Part shown: positions 46,883 to 56,921 of the stretch, piece by piece
Layout: the number at the start of each line of letters is the position of its first letter
Position numbering within the stretch: position 1 is the stretch's first letter
From: an uncultured Pelagibacteraceae bacterium
GTDB lineage: Bacteria; Pseudomonadota; Alphaproteobacteria; Pelagibacterales; Pelagibacteraceae
Direction of reading: 5' to 3'
Length of the DNA stretch: 64,000 nt
Assembly: GCA_902599665.1 (NCBI GenBank)
Contig: CACKGK010000002.1
Location: forward strand, 17,184-81,183
Made by a program: the position numbers and the translations under genes
The notes under the pieces: model-generated
The model's database searches: none
Told to the model about the DNA's origin: nothing
What the model saw: the letters and a program-made list of their open reading frames with translations, nothing else

Positions 46883-48511
46883 ATGTTTACAAACAAATTT
46901 AACATCTGGTTTTTAAGCTCTCTGCTTATTTCATTGCTTGTTATAATTCCTATTTTGACAGTCTCTTTTAGTTTTTTTGAAGGTACTTCCAGATATTTTG
47001 ACATACTTAAAAAAACTTTTTTGTTTGAATATATTTTTAATTCTTTGTCACTTTTAGTTGGTGTCTTAATACTAACTTTTTTTCTAGGTGTTGGATCTGC
47101 TTACATAGTCTCTTTTTACAAATTTCCAGGAGTTAACTTTTTTAAATGGGCATTAATTTTATCTTTTGCTATACCACCCTATATTTATGCATACTCTTTA
47201 TTTGCATTTTTTGATAATTATGGCACTGCATTTACAATATTAAAGACTTTATTTGGTGATGGTGAGTACAATAAAAGTATACCAAAGTTTGATGGAATGT
47301 TTGGTTTAATATTATCTATTTCATTTTCTCTTTATGCATATGTTTATATTCTTGCAAGATCTTCTTTTTTATATCAATCACAAAATTTAATAGACCTTGG
47401 AAAAAATTTAGGTTTTTCAAAATTTAAATCTTTTTATTCAATAATATTACCAGCTGCCAGACCTGCCATAGTTGCAGGTCTCTCTTTAGTTGCAATGGAA
47501 ACACTAGCAGAGTTTGGTGCAGTAGATTTTTTTTCAGTTAATACACTAACAACAGGTATATATAATGCTTGGATAACTTTTGATGATTTAGCTTTTGCTA
47601 ATAGAATATCATTTTTTCTTTTGTTATTTATATTTATTCTTTTTCTGACTGAAAATCTATCTAGAAAAAAAGCGAAATATCACTTGGATACAAGAGGTGG
47701 TTTTAAACAAAAAGAAAAAATAAAACTTTCTGGAACAAATTCTTTTATTGCTTTTTTATTTTGTTTTTTATTGTTCTTTATAAGTTTTCTATTTCCATTA
47801 GGACAAATGCTTTATTGGACAATAAAATTTCCAGAAAATTTCTTTGATATAAATATAATTAATCTTTTATTAAACACACTTTATTTAGTAGTATTGTCCA
47901 GTTTAGTTCTAATAACATTTGCTTTGATTTCTAATTATGGAAATCGAGTTTCAAGAAATAAAACATTAAATTTTTTATCCACACTGTCGATTTCAGGTTA
48001 TGCCATACCTGGTGTTATTTTAGCTGTCGCTTTTATAACTTTTATTGCCTGGTTTGATGAGAATATAATTAAATCCTTAGGTTTTTTATCAATTAAAAAA
48101 TTATTTATTGGATCTGTTTTAGGTTTAATTATTGTATATTTTGTTCGTTTTTACTCACTAGCTTTCAATGGAATAAAATCAGGATATGAAAAAATAAACG
48201 TTTCAGTTGATGAGAGCGCATATCTTCTTGGTTATTCAAAAAGAAAAACATTTCTGAATATTCATGTACCATATTTGAGAAATTCATTATTATTTGTGGT
48301 TATTTTAATATCTCTTGAAATAATTAGAGAATTGCCAATTACCTTGGTTTTACGCCCATTTAACTTTGAAACATTTGCAACTACAGCTTATATCTCTGCA
48401 TCAGAGGATATGCTTGAAGCAGCAGCAGTACCATCATTGTTTTTAATTTTAATTGCTGCCTTTTTTATTACAATAACTTCAAATTATATTTTAAAAGAGA
48501 ATAATGGCTAA
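46883..48511 (+). CDS. Fe(III) ABC permease (FutB/FbpB type)
   Basis: ARPAIVAG..LVAMETLAEFG, ELPITL.LRPFNFETFA. Confidence 0.93.
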   Translation: MFTNKFNIWFLSSLLISLLVIIPILTVSFSFFEGTSRYFDILKKTFLFEYIFNSLSLLVGVLILTFFLGVGSAYIVSFYKFPGVNFFKWALILSFAIPPYIYAYSLFAFFDNYGTAFTILKTLFGDGEYNKSIPKFDGMFGLILSISFSLYAYVYILARSSFLYQSQNLIDLGKNLGFSKFKSFYSIILPAARPAIVAGLSLVAMETLAEFGAVDFFSVNTLTTGIYNAWITFDDLAFANRISFFLLLFIFILFLTENLSRKKAKYHLDTRGGFKQKEKIKLSGTNSFIAFLFCFLLFFISFLFPLGQMLYWTIKFPENFFDINIINLLLNTLYLVVLSSLVLITFALISNYGNRVSRNKTLNFLSTLSISGYAIPGVILAVAFITFIAWFDENIIKSLGFLSIKKLFIGSVLGLIIVYFVRFYSLAFNGIKSGYEKINVSVDESAYLLGYSKRKTFLNIHVPYLRNSLLFVVILISLEIIRELPITLVLRPFNFETFATTAYISASEDMLEAAAVPSLFLILIAAFFITITSNYILKENNG

Positions 48512-49562
48512 TAACTTTTTAGAAGTAAATAACGTTGATTTCAAAGCTGGTGGAAAAACAAAAGTAAAAAATGTGTCTTTTTCAGTTCAAAACGAAGGAG
48601 ACATCATTTGTCTTCTAGGGCCTTCAGGAATAGGAAAAACTACGATTTTGAGAACAATCGCTGGATTAGAAAAGATTAATAATGGATCTATAATTATCAA
48701 TAATAAAACTATATCTTCAAAAAAAATTCACATTGAGCCAGAGGATCGAAATATTTCACTCGCCTTTCAAGACAATAGTTTATTTCCGCACTACAATGTT
48801 GAAAAAAATATATTAATTGGTACAGAAAAAAAAAATAAAAAAAAAATTAAAATAAATGCAAAAGAAATAGTAGAATTTTTAAATTTAAAAAAAATATTAA
48901 ATAAATATCCACATGAGATTAGTGCAGGTGAAGCGCAAAGATCGTCACTAGCAAGAGCTTTAGTTTCGAATCCAGACTTATTATTATTAGATGAGCCATT
49001 GTCGAATGTTGACCAAAGCTTTAAAGAAGAAATTCAAGTCGAATTAAAACAATTATTAAGTAAATCCAAAATAACAACTATAATTGTTACACACGACTCA
49101 TACGAAGCGTTTTACTTAGGAAGTAAATGTGGAATTATATTAAATAAACAACTTAAACAATTTGATGATCCTTATAATGTTTATCATTTTCCTAATTCAG
49201 TAGAAGTTGTAAATTTTTTAAATAGAGGAATTTTAATTCCTGCAAAAGTAACCAGTGAAAATAGTTTAGAAAATAAAGATCTTGGAACAATTAAAGGTAA
49301 TTTTGTTAAACACTATCCAAATGGATCAGAGGTAAAACTTTTATTACAGCCAGAAGATTTAGAACATGATGATAAAAGTAATTTAAAATTAGAAGTCGTT
49401 GATCGTAAATTTAGAGGAACAAATTTTATTTATACTTTAAAAACACCAAGCGAGTTACAAATTCCAGTATTTGTTCATTCACATCATATTCACCAGCATG
49501 AAATAGACGAAAAATTTGGTATTAAACGACCAATTCACATTGACCACATTGTTTGTTTTTAA
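48504..49562 (+). CDS. Fe(III) ABC ATPase (FutC/FbpC type)
   Basis: GPSGIGKTT, ISAGEAQR, LLLDEP, VTHD; His-rich C-terminus. Confidence 0.93.
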   Translation: MANNFLEVNNVDFKAGGKTKVKNVSFSVQNEGDIICLLGPSGIGKTTILRTIAGLEKINNGSIIINNKTISSKKIHIEPEDRNISLAFQDNSLFPHYNVEKNILIGTEKKNKKKIKINAKEIVEFLNLKKILNKYPHEISAGEAQRSSLARALVSNPDLLLLDEPLSNVDQSFKEEIQVELKQLLSKSKITTIIVTHDSYEAFYLGSKCGIILNKQLKQFDDPYNVYHFPNSVEVVNFLNRGILIPAKVTSENSLENKDLGTIKGNFVKHYPNGSEVKLLLQPEDLEHDDKSNLKLEVVDRKFRGTNFIYTLKTPSELQIPVFVHSHHIHQHEIDEKFGIKRPIHIDHIVCF

Positions 49563-49589
49563 GTAATATTATACTTTAAAAATATACTC

Positions 49590-52034
49590 ATGGATAAAGA
49601 TTTACCAAGAAGCACTAAAGTTGTAGTTATTGGAGGCGGCGTAGCTGGAACATCGTGTGCATATCATTTAGCTAAATTTGGCTGGAAAGATGTTGTTCTG
49701 TTGGAAAGAGATCAGTTAACATCTGGAACCACATGGCATGCAGCTGGTTTAATGGGTCAATTAGGGGCTTCATCTACTATTACAAAGTTAAGAAAATATA
49801 CTTTGGATCTTTATCAAGAATTAGAAAAAAAAACTGAATTGTCTATAGGATTAAAACAAAATGGAGCAATTACAGTAGCTACCACAAAAGAGAGAATGCA
49901 AGAATTGTTGAGACAAGCAACTACCGCTCAACTATCAGATGTTGAAGTACATGTTTTGGATAAAAAAGAAACAAAAGATTTATATCCTGTTGTAAATAAT
50001 GATGACATTATTGGAAGTGTTTTTATGCCAAAAGATGGTCAAGCTGATCCAGTAGGCGTAACTAATGTTTTAGCAAAAGCTGCTAGAATGGAAGGAGCAC
50101 AAATTTTTGAAAAAACACCTGTAACAAAAATTCTTGTTAAAAATAATTCTATAATTGGAGTAGAGACTGATAAAGGAAAAATTGATTGTGAATATGTTGT
50201 TTTAGCAACAGGTATGTGGTCTAGACAAATAGGTGAAAAAATGAATGTTAGTATTCCATTGTATCCCAATGAACATTTTTATGTGATCACAGAACCAATG
50301 AAAGATTTACCAAAAAACTTACCAGTTTTAAGAGATTATAATAATTGTCTCTATCTTAAAGAAGACGCAGGTAAAATGTTAGTTGGAATTTTTGAACCAA
50401 ATGCAAAACCAGCCTTTAAAAATACTGGTGTTGTGCCAGATGATTTTTCCTTTGGTGAATTACCAGATGATTTTGATCATTTCGAACCTTATTTACAAAA
50501 ATCATTTCACAGGTTGCCTATGTTGGAAAATGCAGGAATTAGAAAATTTTTCTCTGGCCCAGAATCATTTACTCCTGATACTCAATATCTTTTAGGTGAA
50601 ACGCCTGAGATTAAAAAACTTTTTACATGTTGTGGTTTTAATAGTATTGGAATTGCAAGTTCAGGAGGCGCTGGAAGAGTTACTGCAGAATGGATGATTA
50701 ATGGACACATTAATGAGGATTTATTTTCATTAGATATTAAAAGATTTCAAAAATTTCATTCATCAAAAAAATTTATAATGGAAAGAGTGACAGAAACACT
50801 TGGTGATTTATATGGAATGCATTGGCCATTTAAACAACATAAAACATCAAGAAACCAAATTGTATTACCCTACCAAGAGGAGCTAAAAAAATTAGGAGCT
50901 TGTTTTGGAACCTCGGGTGGTTTTGAAAGACCTATGTGGTATGCGTTGAAAGGTGAAAAGGCTGTTTACAATTATAGTTTTGGTTATCAAAATTGGTATC
51001 CATCAGCTGAATTTGAGACCAAAAATGCCAGAGAAAACGTTGGATTATTTGAGCTATCTCCTTTTTCAAAATTTGACCTAGAAGGGCAAAATGTTCATGA
51101 AGAATTACAAAAAATTTGTACAGCAAACATAAAGGATATTGAGGGTAGAGCAACTTATACCCAGATGTTAAATGAAGATGGAGGAATAGAGACTGATGTT
51201 ACTGTTACTTGTCTTGAAAAAAACCATTTTAGAGTGATAGGTCCAGCAGCAACAAGAGAACATGATAAATTTCACATAAAAAAACATATTTCAGAAGAGG
51301 TCAATTTTAATGATGTAACAGAAGATTTAACATGCCTAGGATTATACGGACCCAACTCAAGACAATTACTATCTAATATTAGTAATGACGATTTTACAAA
51401 TGAAGGTATAAAGTTTAGTCATGGAAAATTTGTTACTATTGACGGAGTTAAAGTATGGGCTCAAAGATTATCTTATGTAGGTGAAATAGGATTCGAATTA
51501 TATACAAACATAGATGAAAGCAAAAAATTATTTTTAGCCATTATTAAAGAGGGTAAAAATCATGGCTTATCACTGTGTGGTGCCCATGCTATGGATATTA
51601 TGAGAATGGAAAGTGGTTTCTTACATTGGGGACATGATATATCACCTGAAGAAAATCAATATCAAGCAGGACTTAATTTTGCAATTAGTTATAAAAAAAA
51701 TATAAATTTTGTTGGAAAAGAAGCATTATTAAAAATTAAAGATAAAAATCCTACAAAATCATTAGCTATGATGGTATTAAAAGATAACGTACCTGGAGAA
51801 CCTTTGTTACTTCATGAAGAGCCAATTTACTTAGATGATAAAATAATTGGCAGAACAACATCAGGAAATTATTCATTTAATTTTAAAAAAAATATTTCAT
51901 TTGGTTATGTCAACTCTGGAAATTCTATTGAAGACTTGATTAATAAAAATTTATCTATTGAAGTTGAAAAGAAAAAATACCCTGTAACAATAATCAAAAA
52001 ACCTTTAAATCAAAAAAATATAAAAAATATTTAA
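49590..52034 (+). CDS. Sarcosine dehydrogenase-like FAD/GcvT protein (paralog 3)
   Basis: LTSGTTWHAAG, GPESFTPD, GFNSIG, SYVGEIGFE. Confidence 0.9.
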   Translation: MDKDLPRSTKVVVIGGGVAGTSCAYHLAKFGWKDVVLLERDQLTSGTTWHAAGLMGQLGASSTITKLRKYTLDLYQELEKKTELSIGLKQNGAITVATTKERMQELLRQATTAQLSDVEVHVLDKKETKDLYPVVNNDDIIGSVFMPKDGQADPVGVTNVLAKAARMEGAQIFEKTPVTKILVKNNSIIGVETDKGKIDCEYVVLATGMWSRQIGEKMNVSIPLYPNEHFYVITEPMKDLPKNLPVLRDYNNCLYLKEDAGKMLVGIFEPNAKPAFKNTGVVPDDFSFGELPDDFDHFEPYLQKSFHRLPMLENAGIRKFFSGPESFTPDTQYLLGETPEIKKLFTCCGFNSIGIASSGGAGRVTAEWMINGHINEDLFSLDIKRFQKFHSSKKFIMERVTETLGDLYGMHWPFKQHKTSRNQIVLPYQEELKKLGACFGTSGGFERPMWYALKGEKAVYNYSFGYQNWYPSAEFETKNARENVGLFELSPFSKFDLEGQNVHEELQKICTANIKDIEGRATYTQMLNEDGGIETDVTVTCLEKNHFRVIGPAATREHDKFHIKKHISEEVNFNDVTEDLTCLGLYGPNSRQLLSNISNDDFTNEGIKFSHGKFVTIDGVKVWAQRLSYVGEIGFELYTNIDESKKLFLAIIKEGKNHGLSLCGAHAMDIMRMESGFLHWGHDISPEENQYQAGLNFAISYKKNINFVGKEALLKIKDKNPTKSLAMMVLKDNVPGEPLLLHEEPIYLDDKIIGRTTSGNYSFNFKKNISFGYVNSGNSIEDLINKNLSIEVEKKKYPVTIIKKPLNQKNIKNI

Positions 52035-52825
52035 TGTTAAAGATAATTTCAAAAAAAAATAAGGCTGCAGAAATTATTTGTAACCTTAATAAAATTGATA
52101 ATAAGCAATTAAAAGAAATTAAATCAACACTTGATAAGTATGGAATGATTTATTTTCCAAAACAAAAACTTACTTCTAAGAATTATCTTAATTTTGCAAA
52201 AAAATTTGGTAAACCAGCCAATTATCCAAGATTGAAAGGCTTGAATAAAAAATATCCTCAAATAACTGTTGTACAACGTAAATCTACTGACAAAGGGCCT
52301 AGTTTTGGTGAACAATTTCACACAGATTCCTCTTATACAAAAAAACCTCCTAGATACACCATGTTACTTTCAAAATTAGTACCTAAAAAAGGTGTTGCTA
52401 ATACTGACTTTTCTTCACAGTACTTAGCTTATGAAAAATTATCAAAAAATTATAAAAATAAGCTTAAAAAATTAAAAGGCATCTATTCTTCGCATGGACC
52501 AATATCAATTACAACAGTTGAGAGAGAAAAAGAAAAAGGAAAAATATCTAAAGAACTGATTTCCAGACATAAAATAATTAGAACTATTAAAAATAAAAAA
52601 ACTATATACTGTAGCCCAGGGCACTTTTTAAAATTTAATACGCATATGACTAAACAAAAAAAAGAACTAAAGAAATTCTTATTCAATCATCAGACAAAAA
52701 AAACCTTTCAATATTCATTAGAATGGGAAAAAGATCAGCTTGCTGTTTGGGATAATAGAGCCATGCTCCATCAGGCTACACCGTTTAAAGGTAATAGAAT
52801 ACTTCATAGAATAACAATACTTTAA
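52034..52825 (+). CDS. TauD/TfdA family Fe(II)/2-oxoglutarate dioxygenase
   Basis: FHTDSSY, WDNRAMLH, terminal R..HR. Confidence 0.88.
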   Translation: MLKIISKKNKAAEIICNLNKIDNKQLKEIKSTLDKYGMIYFPKQKLTSKNYLNFAKKFGKPANYPRLKGLNKKYPQITVVQRKSTDKGPSFGEQFHTDSSYTKKPPRYTMLLSKLVPKKGVANTDFSSQYLAYEKLSKNYKNKLKKLKGIYSSHGPISITTVEREKEKGKISKELISRHKIIRTIKNKKTIYCSPGHFLKFNTHMTKQKKELKKFLFNHQTKKTFQYSLEWEKDQLAVWDNRAMLHQATPFKGNRILHRITIL

Positions 52826-52829
52826 TAAA

Positions 52830-53756
52830 ATGTATTCAATATTTCTTGGGTTAACACCTTTTATCTTTATCACACTATTTGGTTTTGTTTTTGGAAAACT
52901 TAAAATTTTTGATTTAGGTCATGCAAAAGTTTTAAATTTGTTTTTATTCTATGTAGCGGTCCCTGCCTTAATTATTAAATTTGTTGCTCAAAGTGAAATA
53001 GGCCAAGTTGATATAAAACAAATAGTTTCTTATTTTTTAATGCAAGGAAGTCTTGGGTTTTTAACATTTTTATTAACATCTAAGTTTTTTAAAAGACCTA
53101 TTCCAGAATCTATTATATGGGCATTGATGGTAGCACTATCTAATCATGTAACATTATTATTACCTATTACAAAAATCTATTTTGGCACTGAAGTAATAAC
53201 TCAAGTAACAAGTATAATATTAATGGATGGGGTTATTTTATTATCTGTAATTGCTTTTTTTTTAGAACTTACTACTAAAAAAAATATTCGTTTAACCATA
53301 TTTATAAAGAACATAGTTCTTAATCCAATGATATTTTCAATCTTGATTGGTCTTTTACTATTTGTATTTAAGATAAATATCGACGATACGCCAATAGACT
53401 ACGTACTTTCTGTTTTGGCAGCTTGTGTTTCGCCTATAGGACTTTTTGCAATTGGTATCACATTATCTTTTTACACACATAAAGTTATTAATAAATTAAC
53501 TGCTTCTATATCTATATTGAAATTAGTTGTTTCACCAATCATCCTCTTGATAATCGGCTTTATTATATTTGATGCTGGGCTACCTGAAAAAATTCCTGGT
53601 GCTTTTTTTGTTAGTGTTGCACCATGTGGTCATACAGCTGTCGTATTGTGTTCTGCCTATAATGTAAGTCCTGCAAATATAATAAAAGCTTTATTTATCT
53701 CAACTTTTGCATCATTTGTTACAATATTTTTTGCTATTCAATATTTAACAACCTAA
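52830..53756 (+). CDS. AEC family (malate/malonate-type) transporter
   Basis: YVAVPAL, NPMI, PIGLFAIG, LKLVVSP, about 10 TM segments. Confidence 0.82.
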   Translation: MYSIFLGLTPFIFITLFGFVFGKLKIFDLGHAKVLNLFLFYVAVPALIIKFVAQSEIGQVDIKQIVSYFLMQGSLGFLTFLLTSKFFKRPIPESIIWALMVALSNHVTLLLPITKIYFGTEVITQVTSIILMDGVILLSVIAFFLELTTKKNIRLTIFIKNIVLNPMIFSILIGLLLFVFKINIDDTPIDYVLSVLAACVSPIGLFAIGITLSFYTHKVINKLTASISILKLVVSPIILLIIGFIIFDAGLPEKIPGAFFVSVAPCGHTAVVLCSAYNVSPANIIKALFISTFASFVTIFFAIQYLTT

Positions 53757-53757
53757 G

Positions 53758-54825
53758 TTAATTAATATTATCTAAGATTTTATTAGCACATTCTTTTGTA
53801 TTGCTATCACCATCTAGATCTTTAGTTCTATTTTGTTTTTCTAGCAAAGTTTTTTCGATTGAACTCACTATTCGTCTGGCAGCTTCTTTTTCTCCCAAGT
53901 AATCTAACATCATGGCACCAGACCATATTTGTCCCACGGGATTAGCAATACCTTTTCCTGCTATATCTGGGGCTGAACCATGTACCGGTTCAAATAATGA
54001 TGGATATTTGTTTGTAGGGTTAATATTTCCAGACGGTGCAATGCCTATAGTTCCAGTACATGCTGGACCTAGATCTGATAAAATATCTCCAAATAAGTTT
54101 GAAGCCACGACAACATCAAACCATTCAGGATTTAAAACAAATCTAGCAGTTAATATATCAATATGAAATTGATCAGTTTCAATTTCAGGATAGCTTTTCT
54201 TATTTTCATTAAATCTTTCATCCCAGTAAGGCATAGTTATTGATATACCATTAGATTTTGTAGCATTGGTTAATTTTTTTCTTTTACGTTTTTTTGCTAA
54301 TTCAAATGCAAACTTTTGCACTCTGTCTATCCCATGTTTTGACATAATAGTTTCTTGAATTACAATTTCTCTTTCAGTATTTTGATACATCTTTCCACCA
54401 ACTGAAGAATACTCTCCCTCTGTATTTTCTCGAACTATCATCATGTCAATATCGCCGGGTTTCTTATTAGCTAATGGGGCATTAACACCTTCAAATAATT
54501 TTACTGGTCTTAGATTTATAAATTGATCAAATTCTCTTCTAAACTGAAGTAGTGATCCCCATAATGTAACATGATCTGGGTATCGATCTGGCATTCCAAC
54601 AGCGCCAAAAAATATAGCATCATAGCTACCAATTTTATCCTTCCAATCATCAGGCAACATTTTTCCGTGTTTTTCATAATAATCACACGATGAAAAATCA
54701 AATTCATCAATTTGTAATTTGAATTGATGTTGATTGGCAACCTCTTTTAAAATTTTTTGAGCTTCTGGAACTACTTCTTTACCAATTCCATCTCCTGCAA
54801 TGGATGCAATTTTATACTCTTTCAT
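53758..54825 (-). CDS. Tartrate/D-malate dehydrogenase (decarboxylating)
   Basis: GDGIGKEV, RENTEGEY, TKSNG...MPYW, EPVHGSAPDIAG. Confidence 0.9.
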   Translation of the reverse strand: MKEYKIASIAGDGIGKEVVPEAQKILKEVANQHQFKLQIDEFDFSSCDYYEKHGKMLPDDWKDKIGSYDAIFFGAVGMPDRYPDHVTLWGSLLQFRREFDQFINLRPVKLFEGVNAPLANKKPGDIDMMIVRENTEGEYSSVGGKMYQNTEREIVIQETIMSKHGIDRVQKFAFELAKKRKRKKLTNATKSNGISITMPYWDERFNENKKSYPEIETDQFHIDILTARFVLNPEWFDVVVASNLFGDILSDLGPACTGTIGIAPSGNINPTNKYPSLFEPVHGSAPDIAGKGIANPVGQIWSGAMMLDYLGEKEAARRIVSSIEKTLLEKQNRTKDLDGDSNTKECANKILDNIN

Positions 54826-54827
54826 TT

Positions 54828-55862
54828 TTATTTTGTGAAAGTATCGTTAAATTGTTTTGCAACTCTTACAAAAGTAGTACATTTACTTAATTGTTTTAAT
54901 GAAGGAGCACCTACATAAGTGCAACTACTTCTAACGCCACCTAGAATATCTTGAATTGTATCTTTTATTTTTCCTCTATATTTAATTCTTACAGTTCTTC
55001 CTTCACTACTTCTGTAATTTGATAATCCTCCATAATGCTTTTTATTTGCTGTTTCAGAGCTTGAACCATAAAATTCAATATATTTTGAGCCGTTTGATTT
55101 AACTATTTTACCCTTGCCTTCGTCGTGACCTGCAAACATTCCACCTAACATTACAAAATCTGCACCACCCCCAAAACCTTTTGCAACATCTCCAGGACAT
55201 GTACATCCACCATCTGCAATTATATGAGCACCTAAACCATGTGCTGCATCAGCACATTCAATTACAGCACTTAATTGAGGGTAGCCAACTCCTGTTTGAA
55301 TTCTTGTTGTACAAACACTTCCTGGACCAATCCCAACTTTTACAATATCTGCACCAGATAAAATAAGTTCTTGTGTCATGTCTGCAGTAACTACATTTCC
55401 AGCTATAATAGTTTTTGTAGGATATTTATCTCTTACAGATTTAAGAAATTTACTAAAGTATTCAGAATAACCATTAGCAACATCAATACAAATGAACTTT
55501 ATAAATCCAAATTCTCTTAAAACTTTGTTTAAATTTTCAAAATCTTCTTTTTTAGTACCAATGCTAATAGCTATATTTTTATAAATAGATTTAATTTTTT
55601 TAAATTGTTTTATTTTTTTTATATCATGTTGTTTAGTTAAACATGTAATCATGCCATATTCAGATAATTTCTCAGCTACTCCAAGCTCTCCGACCCCATC
55701 CATATTTGCAGCCATTATAGGAATACCCGACCACTCATTTTTACTATATTTAAATCTGTATGTTCTTAGAAGATTTACATCTTTACGACTTTGTAGCGTA
55801 CTTCTTTTAGGTCTAAAAAGGACGTCTGAATAATCTAGTTTTAATTCTTCTTCAATTCTCAC
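54828..55862 (-). CDS. guaC: GMP reductase
   Basis: DVLFRPKRS, AANMD, CIDVANGY, GIGPGSVCTTR, YRSSEG; GTG start at 55862. Confidence 0.95.
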   Translation of the reverse strand: MRIEEELKLDYSDVLFRPKRSTLQSRKDVNLLRTYRFKYSKNEWSGIPIMAANMDGVGELGVAEKLSEYGMITCLTKQHDIKKIKQFKKIKSIYKNIAISIGTKKEDFENLNKVLREFGFIKFICIDVANGYSEYFSKFLKSVRDKYPTKTIIAGNVVTADMTQELILSGADIVKVGIGPGSVCTTRIQTGVGYPQLSAVIECADAAHGLGAHIIADGGCTCPGDVAKGFGGGADFVMLGGMFAGHDEGKGKIVKSNGSKYIEFYGSSSETANKKHYGGLSNYRSSEGRTVRIKYRGKIKDTIQDILGGVRSSCTYVGAPSLKQLSKCTTFVRVAKQFNDTFTK

Positions 55863-55967
55863 AAATCCGAATTTATACAGGTGCACAAAGTAAATTCAAA
55901 TTAAATATTATTAATATTGATACTAAGCTTTCATTAGTTATACTTTCAAAAATTCATATTATTAAGC

Positions 55968-56846
55968 ATGTTTAAAGGATTTAAGTCAAAATACATAAAA
56001 GTTAGAAAAGGTAAAATTTTCTGTAGAGTTGGAGGTAAGGGTCCACCGTTACTTTTACTTCATGGTTATCCACAAACACATTTAATGTGGCACAAGACTG
56101 CACTAGAATTATCGAAAAAATTTACGGTTATTGCTGCAGACCTAAGGGGATATGGTAATAGTTTAGCTCCACCCTCAGATAAAAATCATTTTAATTATTC
56201 CAAAAGAGAAATGGCAAGTGACATGAAACAAATAATGGAAAAATTAGGTTATTCTAAATTCTTTGTAGCTGGACATGATAGAGGAGGAAGAGTGGCTCAC
56301 AGATTAGCAAGGGACCATAGAAAAAATATATTAGCTTTGAGTGTTTTAGATATTTGCCCCACACTAGATATGTATGAATTAACAACTAAAGACTTTGCTA
56401 AAGCATACTTTCATTGGTTTTTTTTAATTCAACCTAAGTGGCTACCTGAAAGAATGATTATGAGTGATCCAAGAAAATGGATGAAATACTGCTTAGATAA
56501 ATGGTCTGGAAATCATAAATTTGGAAAAGTTGAAGAAGTTTATTTAAAATGTTTTAAGCAACCAAAAAGAATTCATGGATCATGTGAAGATTATAGAGCT
56601 TCTGCAACAATTGACTTGGATCATGATAAAAAAGACAGAAAGAAAAAACTAAATATTCCTATTCAAGTATTGTGGGGAAAAAAGGGTGTAATTGGTAGAC
56701 AGTTCAAACCAGTAAAAATTTGGCAGAAATATACAACTAAAAAAATTGAAGGACATGCAATAAATTCAGGTCATTTCATTCCAGAACAAAACCCAAAAGC
56801 AACTGTAAAATATTTAACCGATTTTTTTTTAGATAAAATTAGGTAA
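55968..56846 (+). CDS. Haloacetate/fluoroacetate dehalogenase-like alpha/beta hydrolase
   Basis: HGYPQTH, GHDRGGR, YFHWFF, CEDYRA, GHFIPE. Confidence 0.85.
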   Translation: MFKGFKSKYIKVRKGKIFCRVGGKGPPLLLLHGYPQTHLMWHKTALELSKKFTVIAADLRGYGNSLAPPSDKNHFNYSKREMASDMKQIMEKLGYSKFFVAGHDRGGRVAHRLARDHRKNILALSVLDICPTLDMYELTTKDFAKAYFHWFFLIQPKWLPERMIMSDPRKWMKYCLDKWSGNHKFGKVEEVYLKCFKQPKRIHGSCEDYRASATIDLDHDKKDRKKKLNIPIQVLWGKKGVIGRQFKPVKIWQKYTTKKIEGHAINSGHFIPEQNPKATVKYLTDFFLDKIR

Positions 56847-56921
56847 TTTATGTGTTTTGATGTGATCAATGATCGCGCATATCATTCTTGATTATAAATA
56901 ATTCGCCCTTAAATATGGTCT

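Noticed and set aside
56857-56869. FNR-like TTGAT-gtg-ATCAA upstream of tldD
   Set aside because: Spacer is 3 nt rather than 4, and short AT-rich palindromes arise easily by chance.
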